Both the position numbers and the translations under genes were made by a program. Source: Meiothermus sp. (GTDB lineage Bacteria > Deinococcota > Deinococci > Deinococcales > Thermaceae). Taken from it: a stretch of 64,000 bases of DNA. Where the stretch lies: contig JANRLD010000053.1 of the NCBI GenBank assembly GCA_033762915.1, positions 1 through 64,000 on the forward strand, given 5' to 3'. The notes beneath the pieces are model-generated. The model was given only the letters and a program-made list of their open reading frames with translations. It was not told the DNA's origin and searched no databases. The stretch's first letter is position 1, and each line of letters starts with the position of its first letter. Below, piece after piece: positions 30,251 through 40,757 of the stretch.

Positions 30251-33200
30251 TCAGGCTGTCAGGAATGCTTGGCTCGAGTCCGGCAAACGCTCTCCCACCT
30301 CCTCCAGCCGCTGGCGGCTCTGGCGGTAGATGCGCTCCGCAGTCTTGGGCTCGCCGCAACGGAGGTAGGCTTGCAGGGTCAGGCGGAGGGCGGCGCGGTC
30401 GTAGGGCTCCATCTCGAGCCAGATCTGCCCTAGGCGGCCCGCCTCGCTGGGGTCGGTCTCTGTTAGCTCGCCCACCCGCCGCCCCAGCGCGTGAAGGAGT
30501 GCCTCACGCACTCCGGGCAAATAGCCCTCCTCGAGGCCGGCCAGATAGGTTCCACGCCACAGCCCAGCCTCGCCGGTTTTTAGGAAATCCTCCACGTCGC
30601 TGTGGATGGCCCCCAGCGCGTAGCCCCCGCTGGTGCTGACGATGGCCTCGCTGCCCAGTTGGTTGCGCAGCAGGTAGACCAACTGCTTGATCACCGCCTT
30701 GGCCTCGGTCTCGCCCACACCGGGGTAGAGGGTGTCCATCAGGTCGAGCAGGCTGGCCCCGGAGCGCCCGGACACGCGGGTCTCGAGCAAGTAGACCAGG
30801 AACTCCAGGCGCTTGCGGCCCCGGTAGGCCACCCGCTCGCCGTCCTTCTCGATCTGGGCCGTGCCCAGCAGATTCAGCCGCAGCCCAGCGGGGGCCCCGG
30901 GAGCGGCCGCAGCGGGCTTGGCCCCCAGGTCGGGGAAGTAGCGCAGCGCGGTCTTCGCGCCACCCAGCAAGCCCTGCTCCACGAACCAGTCGTGATGGGC
31001 TCGAGCCTTCTCCAGGTCGGAGGTCAGCCGGGCCGCCTCGAGGCCGTAGCGGTGGGCCATCTTGTGCATCCCGTGTTGGGCCAGCACGGTCTGGGCCTTG
31101 GTCCAGACCTCGAAGGCCTCCAGCGGCTTATGGTTGGCCTCCAGCGCCCAGGCCAGCGCCGACTGCCCCCAGGCCCGTCGCACCGCCGAGGGGCCGGTGT
31201 GCTGCTCGTCAACGGCTTGCGCGGCCAGCTCGAGGGCGGCCTGCGGGCTGCCGAAACGGGCCTCGGCCTGGGCCAGGTAGACCAGCCCGGCCTGGATCAT
31301 CTGCTGGTTCTTGATATCCCTGGCGTGGCTCAACGCGCTGCGAGCATGTTTGAGCGCCAGCGCACCCCCGTACGGCGGCTGCCAGTCCAGGTACAAAACC
31401 GCCAAGCTGCCCTGGCAGTCGCAGCGGTAGAGCTTCTGCTCGGAAGCCTCCAGGACCTGCTGGGCCTGAAGCAGCAGAACCTCGGTCTCCTCGTACTCCC
31501 CCAGGTCGGTCAGCACCTTGCCCAAGGAGCCCTGGGTGTAGGCCAGATCCAGCTCCAAACCCTGCTCACCGTACAGCTTTAGCGCCTCGCGGTAGCGCTC
31601 GACTGCCTGGGCGAAGTTGCCGAGGCTCTCTGCGTCGATGGCGTACTTCCGCAGCAGCTTGGCGAGGTAGGCGGGGCGGCTTAGGGTCCGGGCTAGCGCG
31701 ATCGCCTGCGCATTGAAGACCTCGGAGTTGAGAAAGTTGCCCTGCAAGAAGTTCAGCACCGCCTGCAGCTCGAGGATTCGGCAGCGCACGAAGGGCTCGA
31801 GGGAGGTAAGCTGCAAGAGCGGCCTCGAGAGCGCAAAGGCCGGCTCGAACTGGCCGCGCTGTCCCAGCACCGCGCTGACGAAGAGCACGATCTCGGGGTC
31901 GGCTCGGTCGTGGAACTCGGGGTGGAGTTCCCACAGCCGCAGCACCTCAGCGTGGTTGGCGTGGGTGGTGAAGTGCAGCCGGATCAGGGTCTCCCACCAG
32001 CGCTGGCTGCGCCGCTCTTGGCCGGGCAGCAGCCCCAGCAGGGTCTCGGCCTGCTCGGTGTTGCCCTGGGCCACCCACAGCTCGGCGCAGAGGTAAACGG
32101 CCTCGAGGTCGTGCGGCGGGGTGTAGGCGGCGGTCTGGGCCAGCTCGGTGGCGCGGGCCAGGTCGGTGTGGCGCAAGAGCTGGGCGGCCTCGAGCGCTCG
32201 CCGGGTCTGCTCGTCGCCCGCGCTCCCTTCCGAGGCCAGAGCCAGCCAGTGCCCGGCTCGAGCCGGGTCGTTCTTGGCCTTGGCCTCTTCGGCCAGGCGC
32301 TGATAGATCTGAAGGGTCTTGGACTTGCCCAGATTCGCGCCGGCGATCAGGTCGGCGGAGGGCTCGAGGCCCTCCCGCTCCAGGGCCGCCAGCGCCCGCT
32401 CGGCATAACCTTTGCGCTGCGCGGGGGCGATCTCCTTGCGGATCACCCCGAGCAAAACCGGGTGAAAGACCTGCCCAGCCCGCAGCATCCCCATGCGCTC
32501 GAGGTGGGCCCTGGCCGCCCTCAGTTCGCCCGGCGAAACCTCGGCGACCTCGGCCCAGACCCTCTCGCTCGCCGACTCCGGAAGCAGGGCTCGAGCCTCC
32601 AGAACCTGCCGCGTGGCCGCGTCCGCTGCGTAGCGGTTGGCCCACTCCGAGACCAGCGCCTCGAGGGTGGGGGGCCTGAAATCGCGCGGCGGAACCCGCC
32701 AGTGCCAGCGCATCCCGTCCGACCAGAGGTAGCCCTGGCGGCTCAGGTACTTGAGGTACTCGAGGCTGAACAGCGGGTTGCCCAGCGCCTGGGCGTAAAT
32801 CCACTCCGCCCCCTCGGGCGGGAGCGGAGCGTTGAAGGCAGCCTCGAGCACCGCCGCCGAGTCTTGCGGGGTGAGCCGGCCTAGCTCATAGCCCTCCACC
32901 CCCGCTATCGCCAGGCGGCCCGTCAGCAGCAACCCCACCCCGCGCAGTTTGGGCAGGTTGGCCGCCAGGCCCGCCACCCACTCCAGCTGCCGGGCCTCGG
33001 CGGCGTGGAGGTTCTCGAGGTGCAGCACCACCGGGGCCAGCTCGGCCAAGACGGCGGACAGGGCGCGGGCCAGTTTTTTGGGCTCGAGGCCCTCGCCCTG
33101 GGCGAGTTTTTCCCAGTCGCGCTGCAGCTCGAGCGAGAGGTCGGAGGGCTGGGGCAGCACACGGGTCAGGCCCACCTCGGGCGCGGTGACTTGCAGGCTG

Positions 33201-33355
33201 AAACTGCGGCAGGGGGTCTCTTGCAACAAGGCTTTAATCAGGTGGGTCTTGCCCACCCCCGGCTCGCCCCACAAGCCGAGCGCCCCCGCCGGGCGTTTGG
33301 ACAAGACTGCACTTAAATACCTTTGAATTGTCGAGCGAATTGGCTCCACACTCAC
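30251..33355 (-). CDS. Large regulator: P-loop ATPase, TPR, C-terminal HTH/BTAD-like domain
   Basis: GEPGVGKT, LENLH, GNPLF; TPR-like repeats; LLG..LR..LG..GGYAL, L.MEPYD. Confidence 0.8.
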   Translation of the reverse strand: MSVEPIRSTIQRYLSAVLSKRPAGALGLWGEPGVGKTHLIKALLQETPCRSFSLQVTAPEVGLTRVLPQPSDLSLELQRDWEKLAQGEGLEPKKLARALSAVLAELAPVVLHLENLHAAEARQLEWVAGLAANLPKLRGVGLLLTGRLAIAGVEGYELGRLTPQDSAAVLEAAFNAPLPPEGAEWIYAQALGNPLFSLEYLKYLSRQGYLWSDGMRWHWRVPPRDFRPPTLEALVSEWANRYAADAATRQVLEARALLPESASERVWAEVAEVSPGELRAARAHLERMGMLRAGQVFHPVLLGVIRKEIAPAQRKGYAERALAALEREGLEPSADLIAGANLGKSKTLQIYQRLAEEAKAKNDPARAGHWLALASEGSAGDEQTRRALEAAQLLRHTDLARATELAQTAAYTPPHDLEAVYLCAELWVAQGNTEQAETLLGLLPGQERRSQRWWETLIRLHFTTHANHAEVLRLWELHPEFHDRADPEIVLFVSAVLGQRGQFEPAFALSRPLLQLTSLEPFVRCRILELQAVLNFLQGNFLNSEVFNAQAIALARTLSRPAYLAKLLRKYAIDAESLGNFAQAVERYREALKLYGEQGLELDLAYTQGSLGKVLTDLGEYEETEVLLLQAQQVLEASEQKLYRCDCQGSLAVLYLDWQPPYGGALALKHARSALSHARDIKNQQMIQAGLVYLAQAEARFGSPQAALELAAQAVDEQHTGPSAVRRAWGQSALAWALEANHKPLEAFEVWTKAQTVLAQHGMHKMAHRYGLEAARLTSDLEKARAHHDWFVEQGLLGGAKTALRYFPDLGAKPAAAAPGAPAGLRLNLLGTAQIEKDGERVAYRGRKRLEFLVYLLETRVSGRSGASLLDLMDTLYPGVGETEAKAVIKQLVYLLRNQLGSEAIVSTSGGYALGAIHSDVEDFLKTGEAGLWRGTYLAGLEEGYLPGVREALLHALGRRVGELTETDPSEAGRLGQIWLEMEPYDRAALRLTLQAYLRCGEPKTAERIYRQSRQRLEEVGERLPDSSQAFLTA

Positions 33356-33454
33356 CCCCCGCGAATTGGAGACAGCACAGCCATTATGGACAAGTTCACG
33401 GCCGAATTGCCATTACGGTCTCGTGAGTGTTACAGAGGGCTTTACAAAATGAAG

Positions 33455-33590
33455 CTACATGTCTCCATGGTTGAAACGCGACGTGCCGCCCGCCAACTCC
33501 CACAGAGAATTGCGCCTCGGGTAGCCGCTCCGCCCAGACGCATATCTGCCGCATCCGCCGATTCCGCACTTCTACCCTGGCACAACCTAC
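33455..33590. repeat. Repeat family B, internally deleted copy
   Basis: Matches 12087-12250. Confidence 0.85.
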
Positions 33591-33708
33591 GACGTCCCGG
33601 ATGAGCTAGCCCCGGCGGCACCTGGAGCAGCGATCGGCAAGTCAAGGCCCGGAAACGGGGTTTATCTGACCCTTCCGCGGCCGCAGGGTCTGAAGCGTGG
33701 CCTGCCCT

Positions 33709-34398
33709 CTACCGGCTCACCACCTGGGTGGTGCGGTTGCCTGCCGAGTCTACCGCGATGATGGTGGCGCGGCGCACCGGCAGCTCGACATAGAAGCTCA
33801 CCTCCTGGCCCTTGGGCAGCGAGAGCGGGAGGAAGGTGTTGTCGTACTGGACCGTGACCCGATCCACGCCGGTGTCGTCCAAAACCTTGCCAGAGATTTG
33901 CAGGGTGGCCTCGGTCTGGGCCGGGACTTCCTCGGTGGTGCCGTCGGCGTTGCGCCGGGTCTGGGCGGGCCGCACCTCCGTGAAAACCCGCTCGGCCCGC
34001 TCGAGCCGGATGGCGGGGGGACGGGCGTCGAGCACCAGCTTCAGGCGTACAGTGCGGGCCTGGCCCTGGTTGTCGGTGGCTTCGACCTTGACCTCGAACT
34101 GGCCCGAGGACGGGGCCTGCACCTTGAAGCTGAAGCGGGCCAGCTTCTGCCCCCTGGTCTGGGCGGTCAGCAGCTCCTGACCCATGGCCCTGACGCTGCG
34201 CACCCCGGTGTCGTCGAGGGCGTAGCCCTCCACCCGCAGCGCCTTCTGCGAGAGCACCCCGCTCTTGGGCTGGGTGATACCGATCAGAGGCGGCTGGGTG
34301 TCGCCGGGGCGCTGGCAGGCGGAGAGAAGAGCGGACAAGGAAAGGAAGAAGGTGAGAAAGAGAGGCCGCCCAAACAAAAGTAGGGGTGCGTTTCGCAC
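33709..34398 (-). CDS. Lipoprotein with Ig-like domains
   Basis: Lipobox LLSAC; DT.PP.I, G.ALDDTGV repeated, A.D.AGN. Confidence 0.7.
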   Translation of the reverse strand: MRNAPLLLFGRPLFLTFFLSLSALLSACQRPGDTQPPLIGITQPKSGVLSQKALRVEGYALDDTGVRSVRAMGQELLTAQTRGQKLARFSFKVQAPSSGQFEVKVEATDNQGQARTVRLKLVLDARPPAIRLERAERVFTEVRPAQTRRNADGTTEEVPAQTEATLQISGKVLDDTGVDRVTVQYDNTFLPLSLPKGQEVSFYVELPVRRATIIAVDSAGNRTTQVVSR

Positions 34399-34420
34399 CC
34401 CTACAGTCTATCAGGAGGGC

Positions 34421-34885
34421 TTACTGAGGGAAAATGATGCCGACACGGCTGTTAAAGTCGAAACCGCCGTAGGCGCCGGAGAGGTTGCCCAGGCCGATCC
34501 CGATCCCGAGTTGGAGTTCGCCGTAGACGCTGAAGGACTGATCAGGGAACTTATACTCGATGCCCGCCAGGCCGTGGGGGAAGATGTAGATGCCCGAGAG
34601 GGTGCGGAAGAGCCAGAAGCCCGCGGAAACGCCCGCGCCTGCGTACCAGCTCAGCTCAAACCCGGGGGCCACCGGCAGGGGGCTCTCGAGGATGATCAGG
34701 TCGGCGCTGCCGCCCAAGCCCGAGAAAGACAAGCCCGCCCCCAGGCGAAGGCCGTTGGTCTGGTATTGAATACCCAGCCATTCCGGGAAGCCCGAGTAGA
34801 TGCCAAAGCCATTGGACTGGGCCGAGCCCAGCGAGCCGAACATCAGAGCAAAAAAGACGATCAAGGGTGCGACAGTTTTCTTCAT
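34421..34885 (-). CDS. Secreted hypothetical protein, likely outer-membrane beta-barrel
   Basis: Signal peptide, Gly/aromatic strands (WYAGAG); GAGGAGG RBS. Confidence 0.7.
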   Translation of the reverse strand: MKKTVAPLIVFFALMFGSLGSAQSNGFGIYSGFPEWLGIQYQTNGLRLGAGLSFSGLGGSADLIILESPLPVAPGFELSWYAGAGVSAGFWLFRTLSGIYIFPHGLAGIEYKFPDQSFSVYGELQLGIGIGLGNLSGAYGGFDFNSRVGIIFPQ

Positions 34886-35291
34886 AAACCAACCTCCTCT
34901 TTGATCTTACGTATCTTACGGGTAAAAACCCAGCTTGGATTTTGACCGCGTGGCCTGGTTGCCAAGTAGAGCTTATTGTTAAACGCGTTATAACAACGTT
35001 ATTTTTCCCCAATCCAAGCCCCAAAGGTATGATAAGATACGAAGTTTTGGACAAAAGGCCCGAGTCAGGTTGTGTCCGTGCTAAGGCCCACAGACCGCCC
35101 GACGGGCGCAGGTCCGGACGGGCCTGCAGACGGTCAAGACCCGCGCGGGAGGGGCTCAGTGTCTGGCAATGGGGTTGGCGGGTCCGTTGTCTCACCGACC
35201 TGCCGGGAGCCGATGTTGCGCAACCAGACCGAGCCGAACACCTCCGCAAGCCCAGTTCCGTGAACCGCTGTAGTTATGCGTGGGAACTGCT

Positions 35292-36434
35292 CTAGGTCGT
35301 GTACAGCGCGTTGATCTGCACGTAGCCCTCGGTCAGGTCGCAGCCCCAGGCCAGGCCCTGCCCCTGGCCCAGCCCCAGGTCGGCCTCGACCAGCACCTCC
35401 TCGGCCTTCATGGCGCTGCTGGCGGCGGCGCGGTCGAACTCGAGCACCCTTCCCGCGTACAGCCCGATGCCCTGCAGGGAGATTTTGACCTTTTCGGTCT
35501 CGAGCCGAGCCCCCGACTTGCCCAGCGCCATCATCACCCGGCCCCAGTTGGGGTCGTTGCCGTAGACGGCGCTCTTCCACAGCGGGCTGGCCGCCACCGA
35601 GAGGGCCGCTTTGCGGGCCTCCTCGTCCGATGCCGCGCCCGTGACCTTTACGGTGAGCAGCTTGGTCGCGCCCTCGCCGTCGCGGGCCAGCTTGCGGGCC
35701 AGCTCCACGCAGACCGCCTCCACCGCTGCCCAGAACTCGGCCAGGCTTACCGGGCCGGCTGCCCCGTTGGTCATCAGCACAGCCATGTCGTTGGTGGAGG
35801 TGTCGGTGTCGACCGTGACCTGGTTGAAGCTCCGATCCACCACCCCCCTCCAGCCGCGCCTCAGTTCGTCCTGCGGCACCTCGGCGTCGCTGACCAGGTA
35901 GGCCAGCATGGTGGCCATGTTGGGCTGAATCATCCCGCTGCCCTTGCAGATGCCCACCACCCGCGCACCGCTGCTCAGGGTGGCCTCGGCCATCTTGGGC
36001 ACCAGGTCGGTGGTCATGATGGCCTCCATGAAGGGGTCGATCTCGAGGCCCAGCTGGATGTTGGGAAGCCCGGCCTCGACCTTGGCGACCGGCAGCGGCT
36101 GCCCGATCACCCCGGTCGAGCCGGTCAGCACCGCGTCGGCGCTCAAACCTTGCGCGGCCGCCGCCAGCTCGGCCATCCGCCGGTCGGTCTCCACGCCCAG
36201 CTGCCCGGTCGCGCAGTTGGCGTTGCCGGCGTTGACCACCAGGGCTTGGAGGCCCCCTCCCGCCGCGTAGAGCGAACGCCCTCGAGTCACACAGGGCGCA
36301 GCCGCCGCGTTCAGGGTTCCCACGAAGGCCCAGTTGCACGGCGTCCCCGAGACCAGCAGGGCCAGGTCCGGCTTGCGAGAGGGTTTGATGCCTGCCTGGG
36401 TGGCCCCGGCCCGAAATCCGATGGGTAAGCGCAT
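35292..36434 (-). CDS. argJ: Ornithine acetyltransferase ArgJ
   Basis: [59 protein letters not shown]. Confidence 0.97.
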   Translation of the reverse strand: MRLPIGFRAGATQAGIKPSRKPDLALLVSGTPCNWAFVGTLNAAAAPCVTRGRSLYAAGGGLQALVVNAGNANCATGQLGVETDRRMAELAAAAQGLSADAVLTGSTGVIGQPLPVAKVEAGLPNIQLGLEIDPFMEAIMTTDLVPKMAEATLSSGARVVGICKGSGMIQPNMATMLAYLVSDAEVPQDELRRGWRGVVDRSFNQVTVDTDTSTNDMAVLMTNGAAGPVSLAEFWAAVEAVCVELARKLARDGEGATKLLTVKVTGAASDEEARKAALSVAASPLWKSAVYGNDPNWGRVMMALGKSGARLETEKVKISLQGIGLYAGRVLEFDRAAASSAMKAEEVLVEADLGLGQGQGLAWGCDLTEGYVQINALYTT

Positions 36435-36509
36435 GGGGAGATACTAGCAGGGGGGAGGGGGGGATGGGGAGATGGGCGTTCGGTCTTTGCTGCCCCTCAC
36501 CGCCCTTAC

Positions 36510-36580
36510 CAAAAAAAACCCCAGCCTCTGCGTAGCGGAGCACTAGGGGCACTGCGAGCAAGAAGTGCTCGAGGCTGGGG
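36510..36580 (-). terminator. Terminator-like hairpin upstream of argJ
   Basis: CCCCAGCCTC...GAGGCTGGGG followed by a T run on the minus strand; long structured loop. Confidence 0.6.
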
Positions 36581-36825
36581 CGAGCATGGGGACAACAATA
36601 CGGAGATAACACACAGATCAAGAACTAATGTGTAAACGCTTACGAATAACAGTGTAAACCACAGATGTTGCAAAGTTATGTAAACCTTGTGGAATCGCTT
36701 CCAGATCCTTATACAGCGGTGGCCACCCATACGCTGCGCCAATAGGTTAGGAGCTGCCTATCTTGCGCCCAGCCAACACGGTAGCGCCTCTCTTGGCGTG
36801 AGGATCAGGCAAAAAACCTCCGACC

Positions 36826-36930
36826 TTCGCGTTTCCCAACCCAACCTCCCTCGCGGTGGCAAGGAATCTACTCCCTACAGCAAAAACCGCCCGCTTTAGC
36901 GCCGAAGGGAGTATGGGTGGGAACCGCTCT
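36826..36930. repeat. Repeat family A copy
   Basis: Matches 9766-9870. Confidence 0.85.
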
Positions 36931-36961
36931 TGGGGGTTAGAGTCGGGTGTTGGACACGAGG

Positions 36962-37885
36962 TTAGGCTTTGGGGTTTTCGCCGGAGAAGGACTGGCCGTA
37001 CTCGAGGCCGCGCAGTTCCTCCACCCCGATCTTGTACTTCTGACCGCACCAGTGGCAGGCCACCTCGGCCCCGCCGTCTTGGTTGATCATGTCCTCGCGC
37101 TCCTGGTGGCTGAAGTAGACCAGGGCTCCCAGGGCGCGGTCCCTGGTGCAACGGCACTGGAAGCGCAGGGGGATGTGGCCCTCCTTAAAGCCGACCACGC
37201 TCAGGTCGGTGGGGTCGTAGTCGAGGCCCTCTGTCAGCAGCTCGATGCCGCCCTCGAGGCCGCGCTCCAGGAGCAGGTCGGTGATCGAGGTGCGGCCCTT
37301 GAGGTTGGCCTCGAGGCGCTCCAGCACCGGCTCGGGGCAGCCCGGCAGCACCTGAATCGCCACCCCGCCCGAGACCAGAACGCCCTCCCCGTTGAGCCGA
37401 ACCCCCAGCAACACCGCCGAGGGAATCTGCTCGGACTGCCACAGGTAGCGGGCCAAATCCTCGGCGATCTCGCCCGAGACCAGCTCGACGCTCGAGGTGT
37501 AGATTTCGTCGTTGGAGAGCAGCCGATCCACCTTCAGCTCGCCCTGCCCCACCGCCGCGCCCACATTGAGCTTGCCGTCAGGGCGCAGGGGCGGGTTGGC
37601 GCGGGGGTTTTTGACGTAGCCGCGCACCAGGCCGGTGGGGGCGGCCTCGGCGGTGATGCCCCCGATCTCGCCGTCGCCCTGAATTTGCAGCGTCACGCGC
37701 TCTTTGGGGGTCTTGGACAGCAGGAAACTCAGCAGCAGCACCCCGCTCATGGCCCGGCCCAGCGCCGCCGTGGCGGTGGGCGAGAGGCGGTGCCGCGCCC
37801 TGGCCTCCTCGGCGATGTCGGTGGTCTCGAGCCCGATCACCCGCAAATTTCCATCGGCGGCGAGGCCGCGAATCAGACGTCCCAT
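36962..37885 (-). CDS. hslO: Hsp33 redox chaperone
   Basis: SGEIAEDL..Y..QSEQIPS, CRC...CHWC zinc motif. Confidence 0.95.
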   Translation of the reverse strand: MGRLIRGLAADGNLRVIGLETTDIAEEARARHRLSPTATAALGRAMSGVLLLSFLLSKTPKERVTLQIQGDGEIGGITAEAAPTGLVRGYVKNPRANPPLRPDGKLNVGAAVGQGELKVDRLLSNDEIYTSSVELVSGEIAEDLARYLWQSEQIPSAVLLGVRLNGEGVLVSGGVAIQVLPGCPEPVLERLEANLKGRTSITDLLLERGLEGGIELLTEGLDYDPTDLSVVGFKEGHIPLRFQCRCTRDRALGALVYFSHQEREDMINQDGGAEVACHWCGQKYKIGVEELRGLEYGQSFSGENPKA

Positions 37886-38045
37886 AACCCTAAAAGTTTA
37901 GCAGGGATGAGGTGGGTAATAGGGTCTTGAGGCAGTTTTGGCGGGCGGCTCGAGGGCCTGTCGGCGGCAGCCGGAAGGCCCACTCTGCCCCTACCGGCGG
38001 GGGCCTTCGTGGCGCGCCGGGAGCGCTTGGCCGCGACTTTCCAGC

Positions 38046-38074
38046 TTGACTCGCCCCCAACCGCCTTGTACACT
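38046..38074 (+). promoter_or_regulatory. Sigma-70 promoter of tRNA-Ser
   Basis: TTGACT-17 bp-TACACT. Confidence 0.8.
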
Positions 38075-38093
38075 CATCGTTGCTTGCCCGCAC

Positions 38094-38183
38094 GGAGTGG
38101 TGTCCGAGTGGTTGAAGGAGCACGCCTGGAAAGTGTGTATGGGGGCAACTCCATCGGGGGTTCGAATCCCCCCCACTCCGCCA
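38094..38183 (+). tRNA. tRNA-Ser(GGA)
   Basis: GGAGTGG/CCACTCC acceptor stem, CT-GGA-AA anticodon loop, long variable arm, GTTCGAATC, encoded CCA. Confidence 0.97.
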
Positions 38184-38209
38184 AGCAGGTCGAAGAACCA
38201 GAGCAAGCC

Positions 38210-38236
38210 AGACCCCGCCTCGAGGCGGGGTCTTTC
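38210..38236 (+). terminator. tRNA terminator
   Basis: Perfect palindrome AGACCCCGCCTCGAGGCGGGGTCT plus TT, centred on CTCGAG. Confidence 0.8.
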
Positions 38237-38644
38237 GCTGGCAGCCTCGAGCGCTTTGAGTTGCTGCTCTCGGTCTCGGACGTGTTGCCGAGATTGTCCA
38301 AAAGAACCCCGAAGCTGGGACGCAAGGGCTGATCAAGCTTGCGTTGAAAGCTTTGCGCTGAAGACATACCAGGGCTGCTTTCATCTCGTCAGAATCCCAC
38401 AATTATGGGACTCTGGGTGTGCTGTATTTGCCTTTCTAGCAAGCATTAAGTGAACGTTGACAAAATGAGTAATCTATTTGTACTCCGAAGAACTTTTCAC
38501 TCCGAAAAACCTACTACTTTAAATATTGAAGCGAAGGAAAGTGATCCTCGACTTCCGAAAAGGAGACCTGCATGAAACTCAAAGGTGCACTCATCGATCT
38601 AGTCGCCGCTTTGTCTGGTCTTGGACTGGCTGAGGGCCGAAGTT

Positions 38645-38891
38645 TCGCAGGGCCATCTACACCACCAATGTGATCGAATCGCTGAATTACTCTCTCAAAA
38701 ATGGTGGTCGAGACTACGGGGCTTTCCCTGACCAGGACTCCCTGTTCAAAGTCCTCTTTCTCGCCATCCAGAACGCTCAGACCGACTGGACCATGCCCAT
38801 CAGAGACTAGAAGCTAGGCCTGAACTGGTTTGCCGCTTCCTTTGGCGACCGTTTCATCGATAGAATCCGTACTCAAAATTCCTGACACCCT
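38645..38891 (+). mobile_element. IS256-family transposase 3' remnant with right end
   Basis: AIYTTNVIESLNYSLK..AFPDQDSLFKVLFLAI..WTMPIRD*..FA..FGDRF, then ACTCAAAATTCCTGACACCC end. Confidence 0.85.
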
Positions 38892-39148
38892 CGGCCATCA
38901 GCTATCAGCCGTCAGCCGTCAGGCATCAGCAAAAGCTTTGACTTTTTACCATTTTACCTCTTCTGTCTTCCCTCTCCCTCGCCTTTGTCCTTTGTGTGCC
39001 ATTTCTTTGTTCTTTAAAATTTCTTCCCCGCATTCACCGCATCACCCCTATCCTTCGTGTCAACGTTGGGCAAGATTCAGAACTCTAACCGCTCGTTACC
39101 AGCACGTTACCAAGCCCCGCCCATACTAAAACCCATCAGGAGGAAGTT

Positions 39149-39289
39149 ATGAAACACTTTGAAACCACCCATGCCGTTCTCGAGGACACCACCAACCCTA
39201 GCCCCTTCTATGCCGCCTTGGTTCTTGGCTTGAATATGCTGTCCGCTACCGTCATCGCACTGGCAATCATGGCGATGATGTGGCGGTAG
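39149..39289 (+). CDS. 46-aa single-TM small protein (below ORF-track cutoff)
   Basis: AGGAGG RBS; MKHFETTHAVLEDTTNPSPFYAALVLGLNMLSATVIALAIMAMMWR; own terminator. Confidence 0.65.
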   Translation: MKHFETTHAVLEDTTNPSPFYAALVLGLNMLSATVIALAIMAMMWR

Positions 39290-39313
39290 AAACAGACCCC
39301 CGACATTGCCTAC

Positions 39314-39342
39314 CTCCCCACGATCTGTGGGGAGTCTTTTTT
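39314..39342 (+). terminator. Intrinsic terminator
   Basis: CTCCCCAC/GTGGGGAG stem plus T run. Confidence 0.75.
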
Positions 39343-39393
39343 CGCCTATCCGCCTAACATTCATCCCTAGTCGAACCCGATAGACTAACCCCC

Positions 39394-40740
39394 ATGTCGT
39401 CGGTCAAGCCTGATCTTCAACTCTCCGACCTCGAGGCCCAGGCCCTCGAGAACCTCCTCAAGTTCCCCCTCACCGACGCCCTGTTCGGCCGGCGCAGCCG
39501 GCGCTTCGCCCTGGGCGGCGAGCTGAAGGACAGCCCAGTGGCCTACATCTCGCGCTACGAGCCGTATCCGCTGTCCGAACTCGAGCGCCTCCTGATCCTG
39601 TGCACCTGCGCCGGCCTGACCGGCTGGCACTCGGCCATCAGCCACCACGCCAAGGCCCAGGGCTACCTGCCCTCCTACTCCGGCCAGGCGGCGGGCCGCA
39701 CCTACCCCAGCGCGGCCGGCTTCCACACCACCCAGCTCTTCTTCACCGACGACTCCGGCACCTACACCTTCCGCACCCGCGACGCCGCGCTGCCCGTCGA
39801 CCGCAATGGCGACGGCAAGGTGGACCTGAAAGAGACCCTCCAGGCCCACACCCGCCACATCCACCAGCTCTCCGACCGCCGCCTCTTCATCCCGCCCCGC
39901 GAGCCCTTCATGGCCGGGCACAACGCCTGGAACGCCAACAAGCCCGGCAGCCTGGTGGTCTGGCCCATCGCCGACGTGGCCCAGCACCAGCTTCTCAAGC
40001 TGCTCTTCATCGCCCAGAACGGCTTCGTGCTCTACGACGACGTACACAACCGCCGCATCCCGGGCCTCGAGCCCTACGCCGACCACGTGGCCGTGGACAA
40101 GCCCTACCCGCTCAGCGCCTTCGACCAGGCCACCCTGGCCGAGGTCTCGGCCGAGATCAGCGCCTCGGTCTTCGCCGGGCACCTGATGCAGCAGGCCATG
40201 GGGCTGGGTGGCTGGATGCTCAACGGCCTGGACCGGGTGCGCACCCTGGGGGCCTCCGGCGACCCCGAGGTGCCGGGCCTGGGCTTCCGCTTCGACTTCA
40301 AGCCGGGCTGGTCGAGGCCCAACCCCACCGGCCTCGAGGGGGTCTTCGAGGGCTTTTGCCCGCCGCACCACCGCGACATGCGGGCGGCCGTAGAGGCGTT
40401 GGTGGAGCGCAAGTACCGCGAAGGCGGCCCCTTCAACCCAGCCACCCCCGGAGCCTGGAGGGAGACCGCCAAGATTCGCGGCGCGGCCCGGCCCCACGAA
40501 GAGTGGATGATCGACGTGGTGGCCATCCAGGCCCAGTACCTCTTCGACACCTTCGAGAAGTTCCCCGCCACCGTCCCCACCATCTACAGCCTGATGTTCC
40601 TGCAAACCCACCACCTCGACCTCGAGTACTACGACCAGTTCTTCGAGCCGGGGTCGTACCTGCCAACCCACAAGGAGCACCTCGAGGCCTGGCACGGAGT
40701 GAAATTGGAGGATTTGCCGAAGAAGGCGGGTAACGAGTAG
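39394..40740 (+). CDS. Hypothetical protein, possible nitroreductase-like fold
   Basis: Strong codon bias; RRSRRF, R.YPSA, QAMGLGGW resemble FMN nitroreductase motifs. Confidence 0.65.
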   Translation: MSSVKPDLQLSDLEAQALENLLKFPLTDALFGRRSRRFALGGELKDSPVAYISRYEPYPLSELERLLILCTCAGLTGWHSAISHHAKAQGYLPSYSGQAAGRTYPSAAGFHTTQLFFTDDSGTYTFRTRDAALPVDRNGDGKVDLKETLQAHTRHIHQLSDRRLFIPPREPFMAGHNAWNANKPGSLVVWPIADVAQHQLLKLLFIAQNGFVLYDDVHNRRIPGLEPYADHVAVDKPYPLSAFDQATLAEVSAEISASVFAGHLMQQAMGLGGWMLNGLDRVRTLGASGDPEVPGLGFRFDFKPGWSRPNPTGLEGVFEGFCPPHHRDMRAAVEALVERKYREGGPFNPATPGAWRETAKIRGAARPHEEWMIDVVAIQAQYLFDTFEKFPATVPTIYSLMFLQTHHLDLEYYDQFFEPGSYLPTHKEHLEAWHGVKLEDLPKKAGNE

Positions 40741-40757
40741 CGTTTGGTGGGTGGCAG

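Noticed and set aside
38094..38900. Intact prophage or ICE at tRNA-Ser
   Set aside because: No integrase and no tRNA 3' duplication in the window
38900..38925. Heptamer-like repeats CAGCTAT/CAGCCGT
   Set aside because: Only about three units; too short to call
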